Origin: Octopus sinensis
Lineage: Eukaryota
Direction of reading: 5' to 3'
Assembly: GCF_006345805.1 (NCBI RefSeq)
Contig: NC_043000.1
Coordinates: 154,566,001-154,630,000 of the forward strand
DNA length: 64,000 nt
In this document: positions 24,758 through 37,159 of the stretch, piece by piece
Numbering within the stretch: position 1 is the stretch's first letter
Layout: every line of letters begins with the position of its first letter
The notes under the pieces: generated by a model
What the model was told of the DNA's origin: nothing
What the model saw: the letters and a program-made list of their open reading frames with translations, nothing else
Databases searched by the model: none
Program-made: the position numbers and the translations under genes

Positions 24758-25475
24758 AGCGGCGAGCTGGCAGAAACGTTAGCACGCCGGGCGAAATGCT
24801 TAGCGGTATTTCGCCTGCCGCTACGTTCTGAGTTCAAATTCCGCCGAGGTCGACTTTGCCTTTCATCCTTTCGGGGTCGATTAAATAAGTACCACTGGGT
24901 AATCGACTTAATCGACTTAATCCGTTTGTCTTTCCTTGTTTGTCCTCTCTGTGTTTAGCCCCTTGTGGGTAGTAAAGAAATAGGTATTTCGTCTGTCTTT
25001 ACATTCTGAATTCAAATTCCGCTGAGGTCGACTTTGCATTTCATCCTTTCGGGGTCGATAAATTAAGTACCAGGTACGCACTGGGGTCGATGTAATCGAC
25101 TTAATCCTTTTGCCTGTCCTTGTTTGTCCCCTCTATGTTTAGCCCCCTGTGGGCAATAAAGAAATAAGAAATGTTAGCACGCCGGGCGAAATGCTTAGCG
25201 GTATTTCGCCTGCCGTTACGTTCTGAATTCAAACTCCGCTGAGGTCGACTTTGCCTTTCATCCTTTCGGGGTCGATAAATTAAGTACCAGGTACGCATTG
25301 GAGTCGATGTAATCGACTTAATCCTTTTGTCTGTCCTTGTTTGTCCCCTCTATGTTTAGCTCCTTGTGGGTAGTAAAGAAATAGGTATTTCGTCTGTCTT
25401 TACGTTCTGGATTCATATTCCGCTGAGGTCGATAAATTAAGTACCAGTTACGCACTGGGGTCGATGTAATCGATT
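24758..25475 (+). mobile_element. SINE family B multimer (about 4 units) abutting the gypsy pol fragment
   Basis: Repeated B-box-to-tail units. Confidence 0.9.
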
Positions 25476-26440
25476 GGCTCCTCCACAAAAATATCATGCC
25501 TTGTGCCTAGAGTAGAAAAGATAGTTCATGGTATCATCTTTCCATGGAACTGTTCCCGTATGAGACCATACAAGACACCTTGGTAAAGTCTTTTTTATAC
25601 TAATATTATTCGTAAATAGTAATTCCTTTGCATCTATGAATGATATAGCAATAGCAGTGATATAAACAGCTAGCAAAATTTAAAAATTACACCTGTAAAT
25701 TACATTATCATTCAAATTACTACATATATTCCCACTTAAATGACCTTATGAAAATTCGTTTCGATAATAGTAGAAAAGCTTTTAAAGCTGCATCACCTTC
25801 ATGTGTTAAACTCTGGTGCTACATGAGACAGATTCATTCATCGAGTTAGCATATTTTATGTATTATTTTTTCTAGAAAACCCCCTTGTGTCGCCCGTTAC
25901 CCAGCCCGATCTGGATAACCAAAAAATACATACAGCTAGTAGTCGCGAAAGATGGGCAAAACTGTTTGCACACTAGCAGTCTTAGTTTCACAGATAGCCA
26001 GCACATTTATATCAAATGAGTTGATGTCATTGAGCGAATGACTTTGTTTCCAGGCAGGTCAGGTGCACGTATACAGGTTGCGTGCACTTTATACGACTTT
26101 CATACAAAGTAAGGTCATATTCGTCAAGAGAGAAGTCACACACATTAGTCATGATGAATGTGCAATTTTGTCTTTTTGGCAGTGGAGGGCGGATTGCCAA
26201 CAGAGATGCAAATCTACATGTAAGAAAAAGGGTAGAGTTAATTAAATCCACCTCACAACCTGTTCTTATATTGGCCCTATAAAGCTGAAGGACCAAGATG
26301 TCCTCGGATGGAATTCCTTCTATAGCAATATAGAATTTAGAAGCCTTTTGTCGAGCATTCTGCTGTATTTTCTTTTTGCCAGAAAGAAAGACATTGCCCA
26401 TGATCCTTTACAGAGCCTTTGAGATTGGTGGGAGATAGAT

Positions 26441-26560
26441 GGCTAGGTAGGTAGGTAGGTAGGTAGGTAGGTAGGTAGGTAGGTAGGTATATAGGTAGGT
26501 AGGTAGGTAGGTAAGTAGGTATGTAGGTAAGTAGGTAGGTAGGTATGGAGGTAGGTAGGT
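26441..26560. repeat. (TAGG)n array
   Basis: Direct reading. Confidence 0.97.
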
Positions 26561-26964
26561 ATGGAGGAGGGAGGTAATTATTATCAAACTTGCAATAGAG
26601 TAATTTCCTCTAAAGGCTTCCAAAGTCTCTCGTGGTGGTGTTGAACTGGGTTACGGATTAACTCTACTACACTAATCGATCATGGCGGGTTTTGAAGTGT
26701 CTGAACAAATAATAATCCATCAATCCACCGTCCTGGATTAGTACCTTTTTTTTTTATTATATAGACCCCGAAAGGATGAAAGGCAAAGTTGACCTCAGGT
26801 AGATTTGAACTCAGAGCGTATAGGATCGGAATAAATACTGCATGGAATTCTCCTTAACGCTCTATCGATTCTACCTATTCACCGTCTTGGTTATTAGCTG
26901 TCAGATACCAGTACTTGATTGGTACTTAACTTTATAATGAATTTCAAAAATATTCATTTCTAAT

Positions 26965-27535
26965 CCTTCATTCTCAGCCGAAAAGAAGTAGTCACGGTTC
27001 TAGGACAGCATTCTTCACCCTATGTGATGTCATCTGGTGTACCGCATGGATCTGTTCTTGGTCCCCTTTTGTTTGTTGCATACATTAATGACATAGATGC
27101 CAACTTAAACAATGCCACAGTGCTGAAATATGCAGATGACATCAAGCTGTACCTTAAGATAAAAAGGACAGATCCAGAAAACTATAGATCTTTCCTGCAA
27201 TCGTACCAACAACTACTTTGAGGACCTTTTTGAACTCCATGTGTCTAACACATGTGGGCATGCCTACAAAGTCAGAAAATAGCACAGCTCACATGACATT
27301 CGGAAACATTTTTTCACTCTCAGAGTTGCTGAAGCATGGAACAAAATACCTGCATCAGTTGTTAGCTACCGAGACATTGCATCCTTCAAAACCTCCATAC
27401 TTCCTGAAATTCACCAACACTACACTTGATATCCCTCCTTAGGTTCAGTTTCTTGACGTTAGTACATAATTCTATGCTCCTTTGATAAGTTGTAGTGCAC
27501 CTGAGCACTATACACAATAATTTCATTATCATTTA
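26965..27535 (+). mobile_element. CR1/L2-type LINE 3' fragment with internal deletion
   Basis: GVPHGSVLGPLLFVAYIND...KYADDIKLY; another frame gives KHFFTLRVAEAWNKIPASVV, the typical CR1 C-terminus. Confidence 0.88.
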
Positions 27536-28031
27536 ATAATATCATCATAACGCCACATATTTCTAGAGATGATTGAAGTGATTCAGTACATTATGAAGCC
27601 ACAAGAATGCTTCTACGTGGTCATTCGACCTGCTAGAAATAGTAGCCAAATGTATCTTAGTCACGCCCTACTGGTTTAGAAACGAAAGACACGTTGGGTA
27701 ATTTGATCTAAAGTGCACTACAGAGGAGAAAAAGACTATCTGATCACGGCTGAAATACCTGGTTTTATGTCTGCTCCACCAAAGCTCACATGGCGCTGAA
27801 AGCAACAAAGGGTCGTTTGTACTTTCAGAAAAAGCAAGAACTCAAATCTTCATGAAATTCGTACTCTATCTTCTTAGAAAAGAAACACGTATAGGATAAC
27901 GCAGTCATTGGTGCTCGAAGAAAGGAAAAGATGGCCACAGTTTGAATGGTTTTGATTTTAGGTCTGTTCCACCAAAGTTTTTTCTTTGGGTTAAACAACA
28001 ACAACGACGGCGATAAAGCAACATCAGCAAC

Positions 28032-28230
28032 GTGGAGGCGCAATGGCATAGTGGTTAGGGCAGCGGACTCGCGGTCGTAAGAACGCGGTTTCGATTCCTG
28101 GTCCGGGCGTTGTGAGTGCTCATTGAGCAAAAACACCTAAGCTCCAGGCGGCTCCGGCGGGGGAAAGTGATGAACCCCGCTGTACTCTTTCACCACAACT
28201 TTCTCTCACTTTTTCTTCCTACTTCTGCTA
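28032..28230 (+). mobile_element. SINE family C, 3'-truncated
   Basis: Head and first 200 bp match 3431-3630. Confidence 0.85.
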
Positions 28231-28677
28231 CAAAGCAGAGGAACCATGGTGTAACCCACTATGGTGTGGTAAACTTTCAGACCCTAGTCTAGATTGCGAA
28301 TCCTCTGTACTCCAGGATGGTTCAGCTCTCCACCCGTTAAAATGCACCGTTTACGGAATGAGGATAACAACGTAGCTTTCGCGCCCGTGCAACCGCCAGT
28401 CTATCGCGCGTAGTGGTTGGATCTTCAAGTTGCCACACGCATTCTAAGTAACTTAGAGTAGGCTCGAATTAGAGATTATTCTTTGTGGCTAATGGCGTGA
28501 GTCCTGATTGGAAGAAGAAGAAGAAAAAGAAGACAAGAATAATTATTAAATGGTACTCAGTCTATCTAAAATTGAACTTTGAACGTAACAGAATGCAAAA
28601 TATTTATTCTGTACCGTCATCTGTTCGTCCTTCTAGCTACATAAATATCAAATAGATTCACACACGCACACACACAC

Positions 28678-28728
<51 letters not shown>

Positions 28729-30103
28729 ACACGCACACACACACGTACGCGCGCTGCAAGCTCACGATACACAACCGTTTTACAAACTGACGCAAAGCCG
28801 ATTAAAGGGAAGTAATTACGTTATTACGAACAGCTCTTCTCTTTGGTTGAATGACGGACGCTCGATTTAAAAAAGAATTTGTGTATCTTCCGTTAGAATT
28901 AATGAAATTGTAATACATAATATTGGATTTCTATAGAAGGAATAACTATATTAGAACAGTTTTGTGAGGTTTCGGTAGTTTTTTGGTCTAACATGTCCAA
29001 GTAACTATAATAGACATCCGTATACGAAGGTTTTAAATTAATTGTGTTTTCTTAAAAGGGTCTCTAATCTATCTTCCAGCTCTATGGAAAAAGAACATCA
29101 TTATCAGCAGAGATATCAAAGATGAAACATTTAAAATGCCGACAATTAAAATGCTATGGAAAAAAAAAAATTTATAATTAAAGGGAAATAACTCTTAATC
29201 TAGGGGAAGTAATCCGGTATCGAATAAAGGGAGATAATTAAATTATGTGCTCAATACCGTAAAGGGAAACTACTCTTCCCACATCAAGCAGTTTTCTTAC
29301 CTCACAACAGATAAATAAATGTTTCATCAGATGCTTCTATTTTTCTTATCTAGAAAAATTTTTGAACAAAAGAGATTTTCATTTATTAATTTGATATTAA
29401 TCGTTGGTTTCCTTTGAATAACTATAATCGAAATACTGTGGGATTAAGCTTCAAATCTTTGTAAAGCATTTGGATGATACTAATGTGCCCCCTACGTTTA
29501 CCTAAGACTTCCTTACAAGAAACTGGTTCATCACAGGAATGTACATCTTACTATAAAAATATCTGGCCCACCCCTCTCCTCTCCCAAGCTCTTAATTCAT
29601 TAAAAACTGGAATTGTAAAACACCTGATCTGATTAAGACGTATTTACTGATATAGATATGGGATTACTCTCTCTCTTACTCTTCTACCTGTTTCAGTTAT
29701 TTCCCATCAATTGCACCTCCATCCTTATCATCACTCACTATGCTCACCTCTGCCTTCATCTCAAACCACACTCTAATGAAACCACCCCATCCTTGCAATC
29801 CACTGTCTGATCCTACTCACTTTGTTTTGTCTCTGGTACCTGCTCACTGCCATTTTTATGTTCACTTCTGTTACTCCTACACACCCTTATATAATTTAGG
29901 GCATCCATGTATCTCCCCTCCAACAAGAAACCCCTAACTTATTGTAGCCCCTCAATATCAGGCATAAAGCTACGTACCTTCTCCAATACTCTCCTCCCAT
30001 CATTTAGTTGATAGAGATTTTTCTGTCTATTTTTCCTTTCTTACGAAATTCTTGGCAACATCATTCGCATTAGTGGCATGAAGAAAACCCCTAATACATA
30101 TAT

Positions 30104-30500
30104 TCTTTTACTCTTTCACTTGTTTCAGTCATTGACTGCGGCCATGCTGGAGCACTGCCTTTAGTCGAGCAAATCAACCCCATGACCTATTCTTTGTAAG
30201 CCTAGTACTTATTCTATCAGTCTTTTTTGCCGAACCACTAAGTTATGGGGACGTAAACACACCACCATCGGTTGTCAAGCGATGTTGCAGGGACAAACAC
30301 AAACACATAAACACACACACATACATATATACATATATACGATAGGCTTCTTTCAGTTTCTGTCTACCAAATCCACTCACAAGGCATTGGTCGGTCCGAG
30401 GCTATAGCAGAAGACACTTGCCCAAGATGCCATGCAGTGGGACCGAACCCAGAACTATGTGGTTGTTAAGCAAGCTACTTACCACACAGCCACTCCTGCA
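30104..30500 (-). mobile_element. SINE family A, CpG-decayed
   Basis: Full-length match with many CG to TG/CA changes. Confidence 0.9.
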
Positions 30501-31289
30501 CGTATATTTTAAAGTAATTGAGATTAGGAAGGGCATCCCAACCATAGAAACCATAATGAAGTTAACATTGAAGCACAAAATGCAGCCCTGAAGCTGAGAG
30601 AATATGAATTATACTAAAACATTAATGATAATGGGTAACTGTAGGAAATTATAAAATACATTATAAATCCATTATTTTTTCTTAAAAACAGTAAAACTTT
30701 AATTCCATGGTATTCTCTGATTTCAGTAAACAAATCAAAATCAAAATCAAATTCGATGACTGGCGTCCGTGCTGGTGGCATGTGTAAAAGATTCGAGCGA
30801 GGTCATTGCCAGTACAGCCTGACTGGCACATAAAAGCACCCACTACACTCTCGGACGGGTTGGCATTAGGAAGGGCATCCAGCTGTAGAAACTCTGCCAG
30901 ATCAAGATTGAAGCCTGGTGCAGCCATCTGGTTGCCAGCCCTCAGTCAATTGTCCAACCCATGCCAGCATGGAAAGCGGGCGTTAAACAATGATGATGAT
31001 GAGATCATGTAGTCACATAATTTCATATGGTGTTTCTGTGTATGCACACATGCATGAAAGCATACACGCACGCACTCACACACTTTCATTTTACACCACA
31101 GCTACTTTATTTTCAGTTATTTGCCATTGTCTATGAGGTAAATGGAATTGTCAAAGTGATATTATTCTTCATTCTGACTGATGCTACGACAATAGGATTT
31201 TCAGAAACTTAAAAGTCAATATTTTGTCCAAATGTCTTCAAAATGAGACCACATGGTTTAAGTATTAAATCTAAGGAGACTGAGGGGAG

Positions 31290-31627
31290 GGACCCCCTTC
31301 GGTCACAGCACTGACCATGGGATTGCATCTAGAAAGTTACCCTCCTAGTCACAAGTCTGGGCAAGGTGGTTTATGGAAGACCAGCAGTTGCCCATGCATA
31401 CAGGCCTCCACTTCTCCATGCCACCAACATTATTCAAGGGAAAGGTAAAGACTGATACAGCTTGGCACCAGTGACGTCGCAACTCATTTCTACAGCTGAG
31501 TGAACTGGAGCCACGTGAAATAAAGTGTCTTGTTCAAGAACACAACACGCAGCCCGATCCGGGATTCGAGCTCACAACCTCACGATCGTAAGCTCGACGC
31601 TCTAACCACTGAGCCATGCGCCTTCAC
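31290..31627 (-). mobile_element. tRNA/CORE-like SINE, another family
   Basis: gtgaaggcgcatggctcagtggttagagcg...ctcgaatccc...tgtgttcttgaacaagacacttt. Confidence 0.75.
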
Positions 31628-31789
31628 AAGGAGACTATGCCCCATAATAAAGACAAGATAACAATGCAAAACAAACCTGATTACTCGAGTAATGCTCAAG
31701 CAGAATTGTAATCACTTCTGCCAACATCAATAGCAATAAGAACCAAAGTTATCCAAAATAGTTAAATGAATGATATTTTCCATAAATGT

Positions 31790-32162
31790 CACGTAAAAAG
31801 CACCATCCGTCCGTGGCCGTTGCCAGCCTCGCCTGGCCCCCGTGCCGGTGGCATGTAGCACCATCCGTTCTTGGCCGTTGCCAGCCTCGCCTGGCCCCCG
31901 TGCCAGTGGCACGTAAAAAGCACCATCCGTCCGTGGCCGTTTGCCGGCTCCGTCTGGCACCTGTGCGGGTGGCACGTAAAAAGCACCCACTACACTCGCG
32001 GAGTGGTTGGCGTTAGGAAGGGCATCCAGCTGTAGAAACATTGCCAGATCAGACCGGAGCCTGGTGCAGCCCTCTGGCTTCACAGACCCCAGTTGAACCG
32101 TCCAACCCATGCTAGCATGGAAAGCGGACGTTAAACGATGATGATGATGATGATGATGATGT
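31790..32162 (+). mobile_element. RTE-tail element (family D) with about 62-bp internal tandem repeats and (GAT)n tail
   Basis: ggcgttaggaagggcatccagctgtagaaac...gcatggaaagcggacgttaaacgatgatgat; other copies at about 30757-31003, 33075-33237, 53270-53680 (+) and 36532-36780 (-). Confidence 0.8.
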
Positions 32163-32290
32163 CAGTGACATTTAACAGTTGATTTCAAAAGCAAGATGAA
32201 CAGGTGTAACATTATTTTCCTCATATCATATAATTACATAAATAAATGTACATGCTAATGAATTAATATTTGTATATTCAAAGTGAGTAA

Positions 32291-32700
32291 GGCGCAGGGG
32301 TGGCTGTGTGGTAAGTAGCTTGTTTACCAACCACATGGTTCCGGGTTCAGTCCCACTGCGTGGCACCTTGGGCAAGTGTCTTCTACTATAGCCCCAGGCC
32401 GACCAAAGCTTTGTGAGTGGATTTGGTAGACGGAAACTGAAAGAAGCTCGTCATATATATGTATATATATGTATGTGTGTGTGTTTGTGTGTCTGTGTTT
32501 GTCCCCCTAGCATTGCTTGACAACCGATGCTGGTGTGTTTATGTCCCTGACACTTAACGGTTCGGCAAAAGAGACCGATAGAATAAGTACTGAGCTTACA
32601 AAAAAAGAATAAGTCCTGGGGTCGAGTTGCTCGATTAAAGGCGGTGCTCCAGCATGGCCGCAGTCAAATGACTGAAACAAGTAAAAGAGTAAAAGAGTAA
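32291..32700 (+). mobile_element. SINE family A
   Basis: Full-length match; several CpG transitions. Confidence 0.9.
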
Positions 32701-33029
32701 GTGTTGGAGTTGTTCAATTACCAAGACTCCCCAGGTATTTGTAAGTGGGTGACTGACTGTTACGGATACCCTTGTGCACTTAAAGTAGCCATTTAGAATT
32801 AGTGTAGTACTGTTAAAAAGACTGGATATTCAAGGTTTCATGCAGTCACTCATAAAGATTGCATCTCTTTGATATCATTGATGGCAGAAGACATCTTGCC
32901 TGGTTCCGGAACAATGTGACTGAAAATCAAACTTCTTAAAAACTTAACCATGCGTGCACATACATATATATGAACACACACACACACACACACACAAACA
33001 CACACATGCACTCACACTCACAATGTGTG

Positions 33030-33060
<31 letters not shown>

Positions 33061-33236
33061 GAATAAAATCACCCAATACACTCTCGGAGTGGTTGGCGTT
33101 AGGAAGGGCATCCAGCTGTAGAAACACTGCCAGATCTGACTGGTGTAGCCTTCGGGCTTGCCAGACCCCAGTTGAACCGTCCAACCCATGCTAGCATGGA
33201 AAGCGGACGTTAAACGATGATGATGATGATGATGAT

Positions 33237-33242
33237 CTATCC

Positions 33243-33290
<48 letters not shown>

Positions 33291-33291
33291 G

Positions 33292-33334
<43 letters not shown>

Positions 33335-33367
33335 GTCTATCTATCTGTCTATCTATCTATCTATCTG

Positions 33368-33421
<54 letters not shown>

Positions 33422-33512
33422 AATCTATCTATCTGTATATCTATATATCTATCTGTCTATCTATCTGTCTGTCTATCTATCTGTCTGTCTATCTATCTAT
33501 CAATCTATCTAT
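33237..33512. repeat. (TCTA)n tetranucleotide array
   Basis: Direct reading. Confidence 0.98.
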
Positions 33513-33568
33513 ATAGCTAGGTATAGGTATGTATCCTCCTCCTCCTCCTCCTCCTCTCCTCCTCCTCC

Positions 33569-33601
<33 letters not shown>

Positions 33602-34009
33602 CATCATCCTTTTTCCTCACCTATCATATCTCTGTCACATCTCAGCTCCTTCCTGCAGGTCCAAGACACAACACTCTCCTCAACACATCATTTGCTGTTC
33701 TGAGTAATTGCTGCCAACCGTGTACTTCCTATGAAGTTTGGTATTTTTCAGCTTTTCATGCCCTGAACATTGCAGACTTTGAGATGGCCCCAAGTCTGAT
33801 CACGATAAGTATTGCACTCACTCGTGAGGCCCTTTGGATGCATTTCACTCCCAATGCTAGGTCTTGGCACTGTTTGACTTTCTCATTCTCCGTCTTCACA
33901 GAATTCTGGTTTGCAGCTACTGCTGCAATACAGAATACCCAGAATGTAATGAAAATCCATTCTCTGGGACTCCTTCCACAGGAGAGAGTGATATCTGTTC
34001 AGTTAAGGT

Positions 34010-34241
34010 GGTGAGCTGGCAGAAACGTCAGCACGCCGGGCGAAATGCTTAACAGTATTTCGTCTGTCTTAATGCTCTGAGTTCAAATTCCGCTGAGGTC
34101 GACTTTGCCTTTCATCCTTTCGAGGTCGATAAACTAAGTACCAGTTGCGTACTGGGGTCAATCTAATTGACTTAATCCATTTGTCTGTCCTTGTTTGTCT
34201 TCTCTGTGTTTAGCCTCTTGTGGGTAGTAAAGAAATAGGTA
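34010..34241 (+). mobile_element. SINE family B monomer
   Basis: Full match. Confidence 0.88.
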
Positions 34242-34365
34242 AGTGATGCTTATAAGAAATCAGCTAAAAGTCTCTGACTCTCAGATGGTTTTTCCATAGA
34301 TGTTACAAAACTGGTTCTGTAAGAGTCATTTATTAAGTAAAGTAATATACCATCTGTGTGATGTA

Positions 34366-34723
34366 TACTCTTTTTGCTTGTTTCAGTCATTTGACTGCGG
34401 CCATGCTGGAGCACCGCCTTTACTCGAGCAACTCAACCCCAGGACTTATTCTTTTGTAAGCCCAGTACTTATTCTATCGGTCTCTTTTGCTGAACCGCTA
34501 GGTGACGGGGACATAAACACACCAGCATCGGTTGTCAAGCAATGCTAGGGGGACAAACACGGACACACAAACACACACACGCATATATATATATATATAT
34601 ACATATATACGATGGGCTTCTTTCAGTTTCCGTCTACCAAATCCACTCACAAGGCTTTGGTCAGCCCGAGGCTATAGTAGAAGACACTTGCCCAAGGTGC
34701 CACGCAGTGGGACTGAACCCGGA
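34366..34723 (-). mobile_element. SINE family A, head truncated
   Basis: Match ends at gactgaacccggaa. Confidence 0.88.
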
Positions 34724-34744
34724 AGAGTAAAAGAGAGTAACGCA

Positions 34745-35400
34745 ACTAAGGAATTCCTTAATTTGATAGATTACCATTTTCTGCCAAGGTATAAATATAG
34801 TAAGATGTTAAATTGGAACTGTATTAAGGTTACTTATTTAGGGAGTAAAAAGTTTGGTTATTATATCAGAGGTATAAATGCTGCAAGTCTGAATGAAACA
34901 GATAGGGGAATAGTTGATGACCACCAATCATGCAACTTCAGTATTCAGGAGAATTGCCCGTTTGATGGTAGCTGTAAAGCATTATTGATTGTATACAACA
35001 TTAAAGAAGAAACAGCAACAGAGACAAACCTCAAGAAACTGAATTTGCATTAAAAAATCGATTTTATAGGGACAAACATCCATTTGTTGGCCCTGAACAA
35101 AAATGTGCTATGGCTTTGTTGAAATTGATATGGTTCTTATATGTAGCAAGTCTTCAAGAATTCAATTATCTGGTCAATTGTAGATAAGGTGTAAGCAGTC
35201 AGGAACGGTAGCTTCAAAGAAAAAATCTGGTGTGACCTTTGATAAAAAAAAATCAAGAATTTTGTTTCAAGGAAGTAATGGTTTGAACAAAAGAACAGAA
35301 TTATTAGCACCTTGTATGCATGAAGTTAAAAGCATCTTCTGTGTAAGTATCAGCTTTCTAGAATTCTGACTTGGTTCAGAGAAAAAGCATTGATTTTGAA
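34745..35400 (+). mobile_element. Highly decayed PLE linker/EN fragment, same clade as the 43-44 kb copy
   Basis: KEFLNLIDYHF...NCIKVTY and SCNFSIQENCPFDGSCKALLIVY in the tail of ORF 34532-35053; IIWSIVDK...NGS further on. Confidence 0.6.
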
Positions 35401-35859
35401 GTGTTTTCGGAAAATGGTTTTTAAAAAAAATTCTTAAACAACAACGTAATTTTATTAGAGAACAGTTCTTAAAGTGACCTTCTTCGTTTGATGTTTAAAT
35501 TCCAAATGCAATGCTAAGTAAAAGAAAAAAGAAAAAAAGAGACATTTGGTGTTTTCCCACAAGAGCCATAAATGAAATGTAAAAATGTAAAATTATATAA
35601 GTCTTGCATAATTTATAAAAGTATATATGGAGATAAACGTTTTCTTGATAGCTTTCATATAATATTTCAAAATACATTCAAAATATCAGATAATTTAAGT
35701 GAAAACAGTCTCAGATTACCAACTGAATGGGTGGAAATATGAAACTCAGAGAACTTACAGCAATCTACAGCTTTTCAGTTGTAACGTATTAAAGAATGTA
35801 TTGTTTACATATTGAGTTCTGTATTTATATATCGTTTCTTGGGAATCACCAGAAAATTT

Positions 35860-36010
35860 ATATATGTATGTATATTATATATATATTATATATATATATA
35901 ATATATATATTATATATATATATATTAATATATATATATATAGTTATATAATATGTACGTATATATATATATATATATATAATATATATATATAATATGT
36001 ATATATATTA

Positions 36011-36049
<39 letters not shown>

Positions 36050-36066
36050 TAATGTATATATATGTA

Positions 36067-36098
<32 letters not shown>

Positions 36099-36157
36099 GT
36101 ATTATATATATATATATATATATATAGATAATATATATATATAATATATACACATGT

Positions 36158-36192
<35 letters not shown>

Positions 36193-36258
36193 ATATAATA
36201 TATATATATACGTGTATGTATGTAAATATTTATATACGTATAGATGTATGTATATATA

Positions 36259-36304
<46 letters not shown>

Positions 36305-36452
36305 GTGTGTGTAATATATATATATATATAAATATGTAAATATACATACATACATAGATATATACATACATACATGCATGCATGCATGCATACATACACA
36401 CACACACACACACAGTATATCTTGACAGTGATGAAGAAAGTATGCATATATA

Positions 36453-36496
<44 letters not shown>

Positions 36497-36530
36497 GCAT
36501 ATATATATATATATGTTGTGTGTGTGTATA
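35860..36530. repeat. Long interrupted (TA)n / (TACA)n tract
   Basis: Direct reading; similar tracts at 18440-18540, 42870-43060, 58140, 58350, 58620, 62050-62180, 62510-62730. Confidence 0.97.
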
Positions 36531-36844
36531 TATCATCATCATCATTATCATCATCATCACCATCATCATCATTTATCGTCCATTTCCCATGCTGGCATGG
36601 GTTGGATGGTTTGACAGGTGCTGACTGACTGAAGGGCTGTTCAGGCTCCATGTCTGCTTTGGCCATGGTTTCTACAGCTGGATGCCTGTCTTAACACCAA
36701 CCACTCTACAGAATGTACTAGGTGCTTTTATGCAGCACTGATACAGGTGCTTTTTACATGACACTAGCCTGCAAGGTTAGGGATACTCAGCCAGAGAGAG
36801 TTGCAGAGGATGAGCCTGTATGCAAGAGCACCCATACATTTGCT

Positions 36845-37140
36845 TAGCTTGACGTGGTTTTTCAAGCACAGCAAACTGCCAGGTGTCTCAATCCCCTGTC
36901 ATCATCCTCACTGTGAGTCACAATGTCTGCAGATCCTTTCTCACCACTTTGTCCCACATCTTGGATCTACCCCTTCCACATATTCCTCCTTCAATTAGAA
37001 ACTGGCACCTCTTGATGCAACTGTCTTCATTTATATGTATTACATGGCCATACCAGTGCAGTCTTCTCTTTTGCACACTATGTCTGTTGCTATGTATACC
37101 CAGCTTTTCTCTCAAAATCAGTTACACTCTCTCATAATGC
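36845..37140 (-). mobile_element. RTE-type LINE C-terminal fragment
   Basis: REKLGI...RRLHWYGHVIH...GRGRSKMWDKVVRKDL. Confidence 0.85.
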
Positions 37141-37159
37141 ATACTGACATTACTAATCC

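Noticed and set aside
31790-31985. Regular GC-rich repeats suggestive of a CRISPR array
   Set aside because: Units are contiguous with no unique spacers and no cas genes, in a eukaryotic TE context
35360-35430. Possible HHR after the 34.7-35.4 kb PLE fragment
   Set aside because: Too degenerate to assign a core or stems
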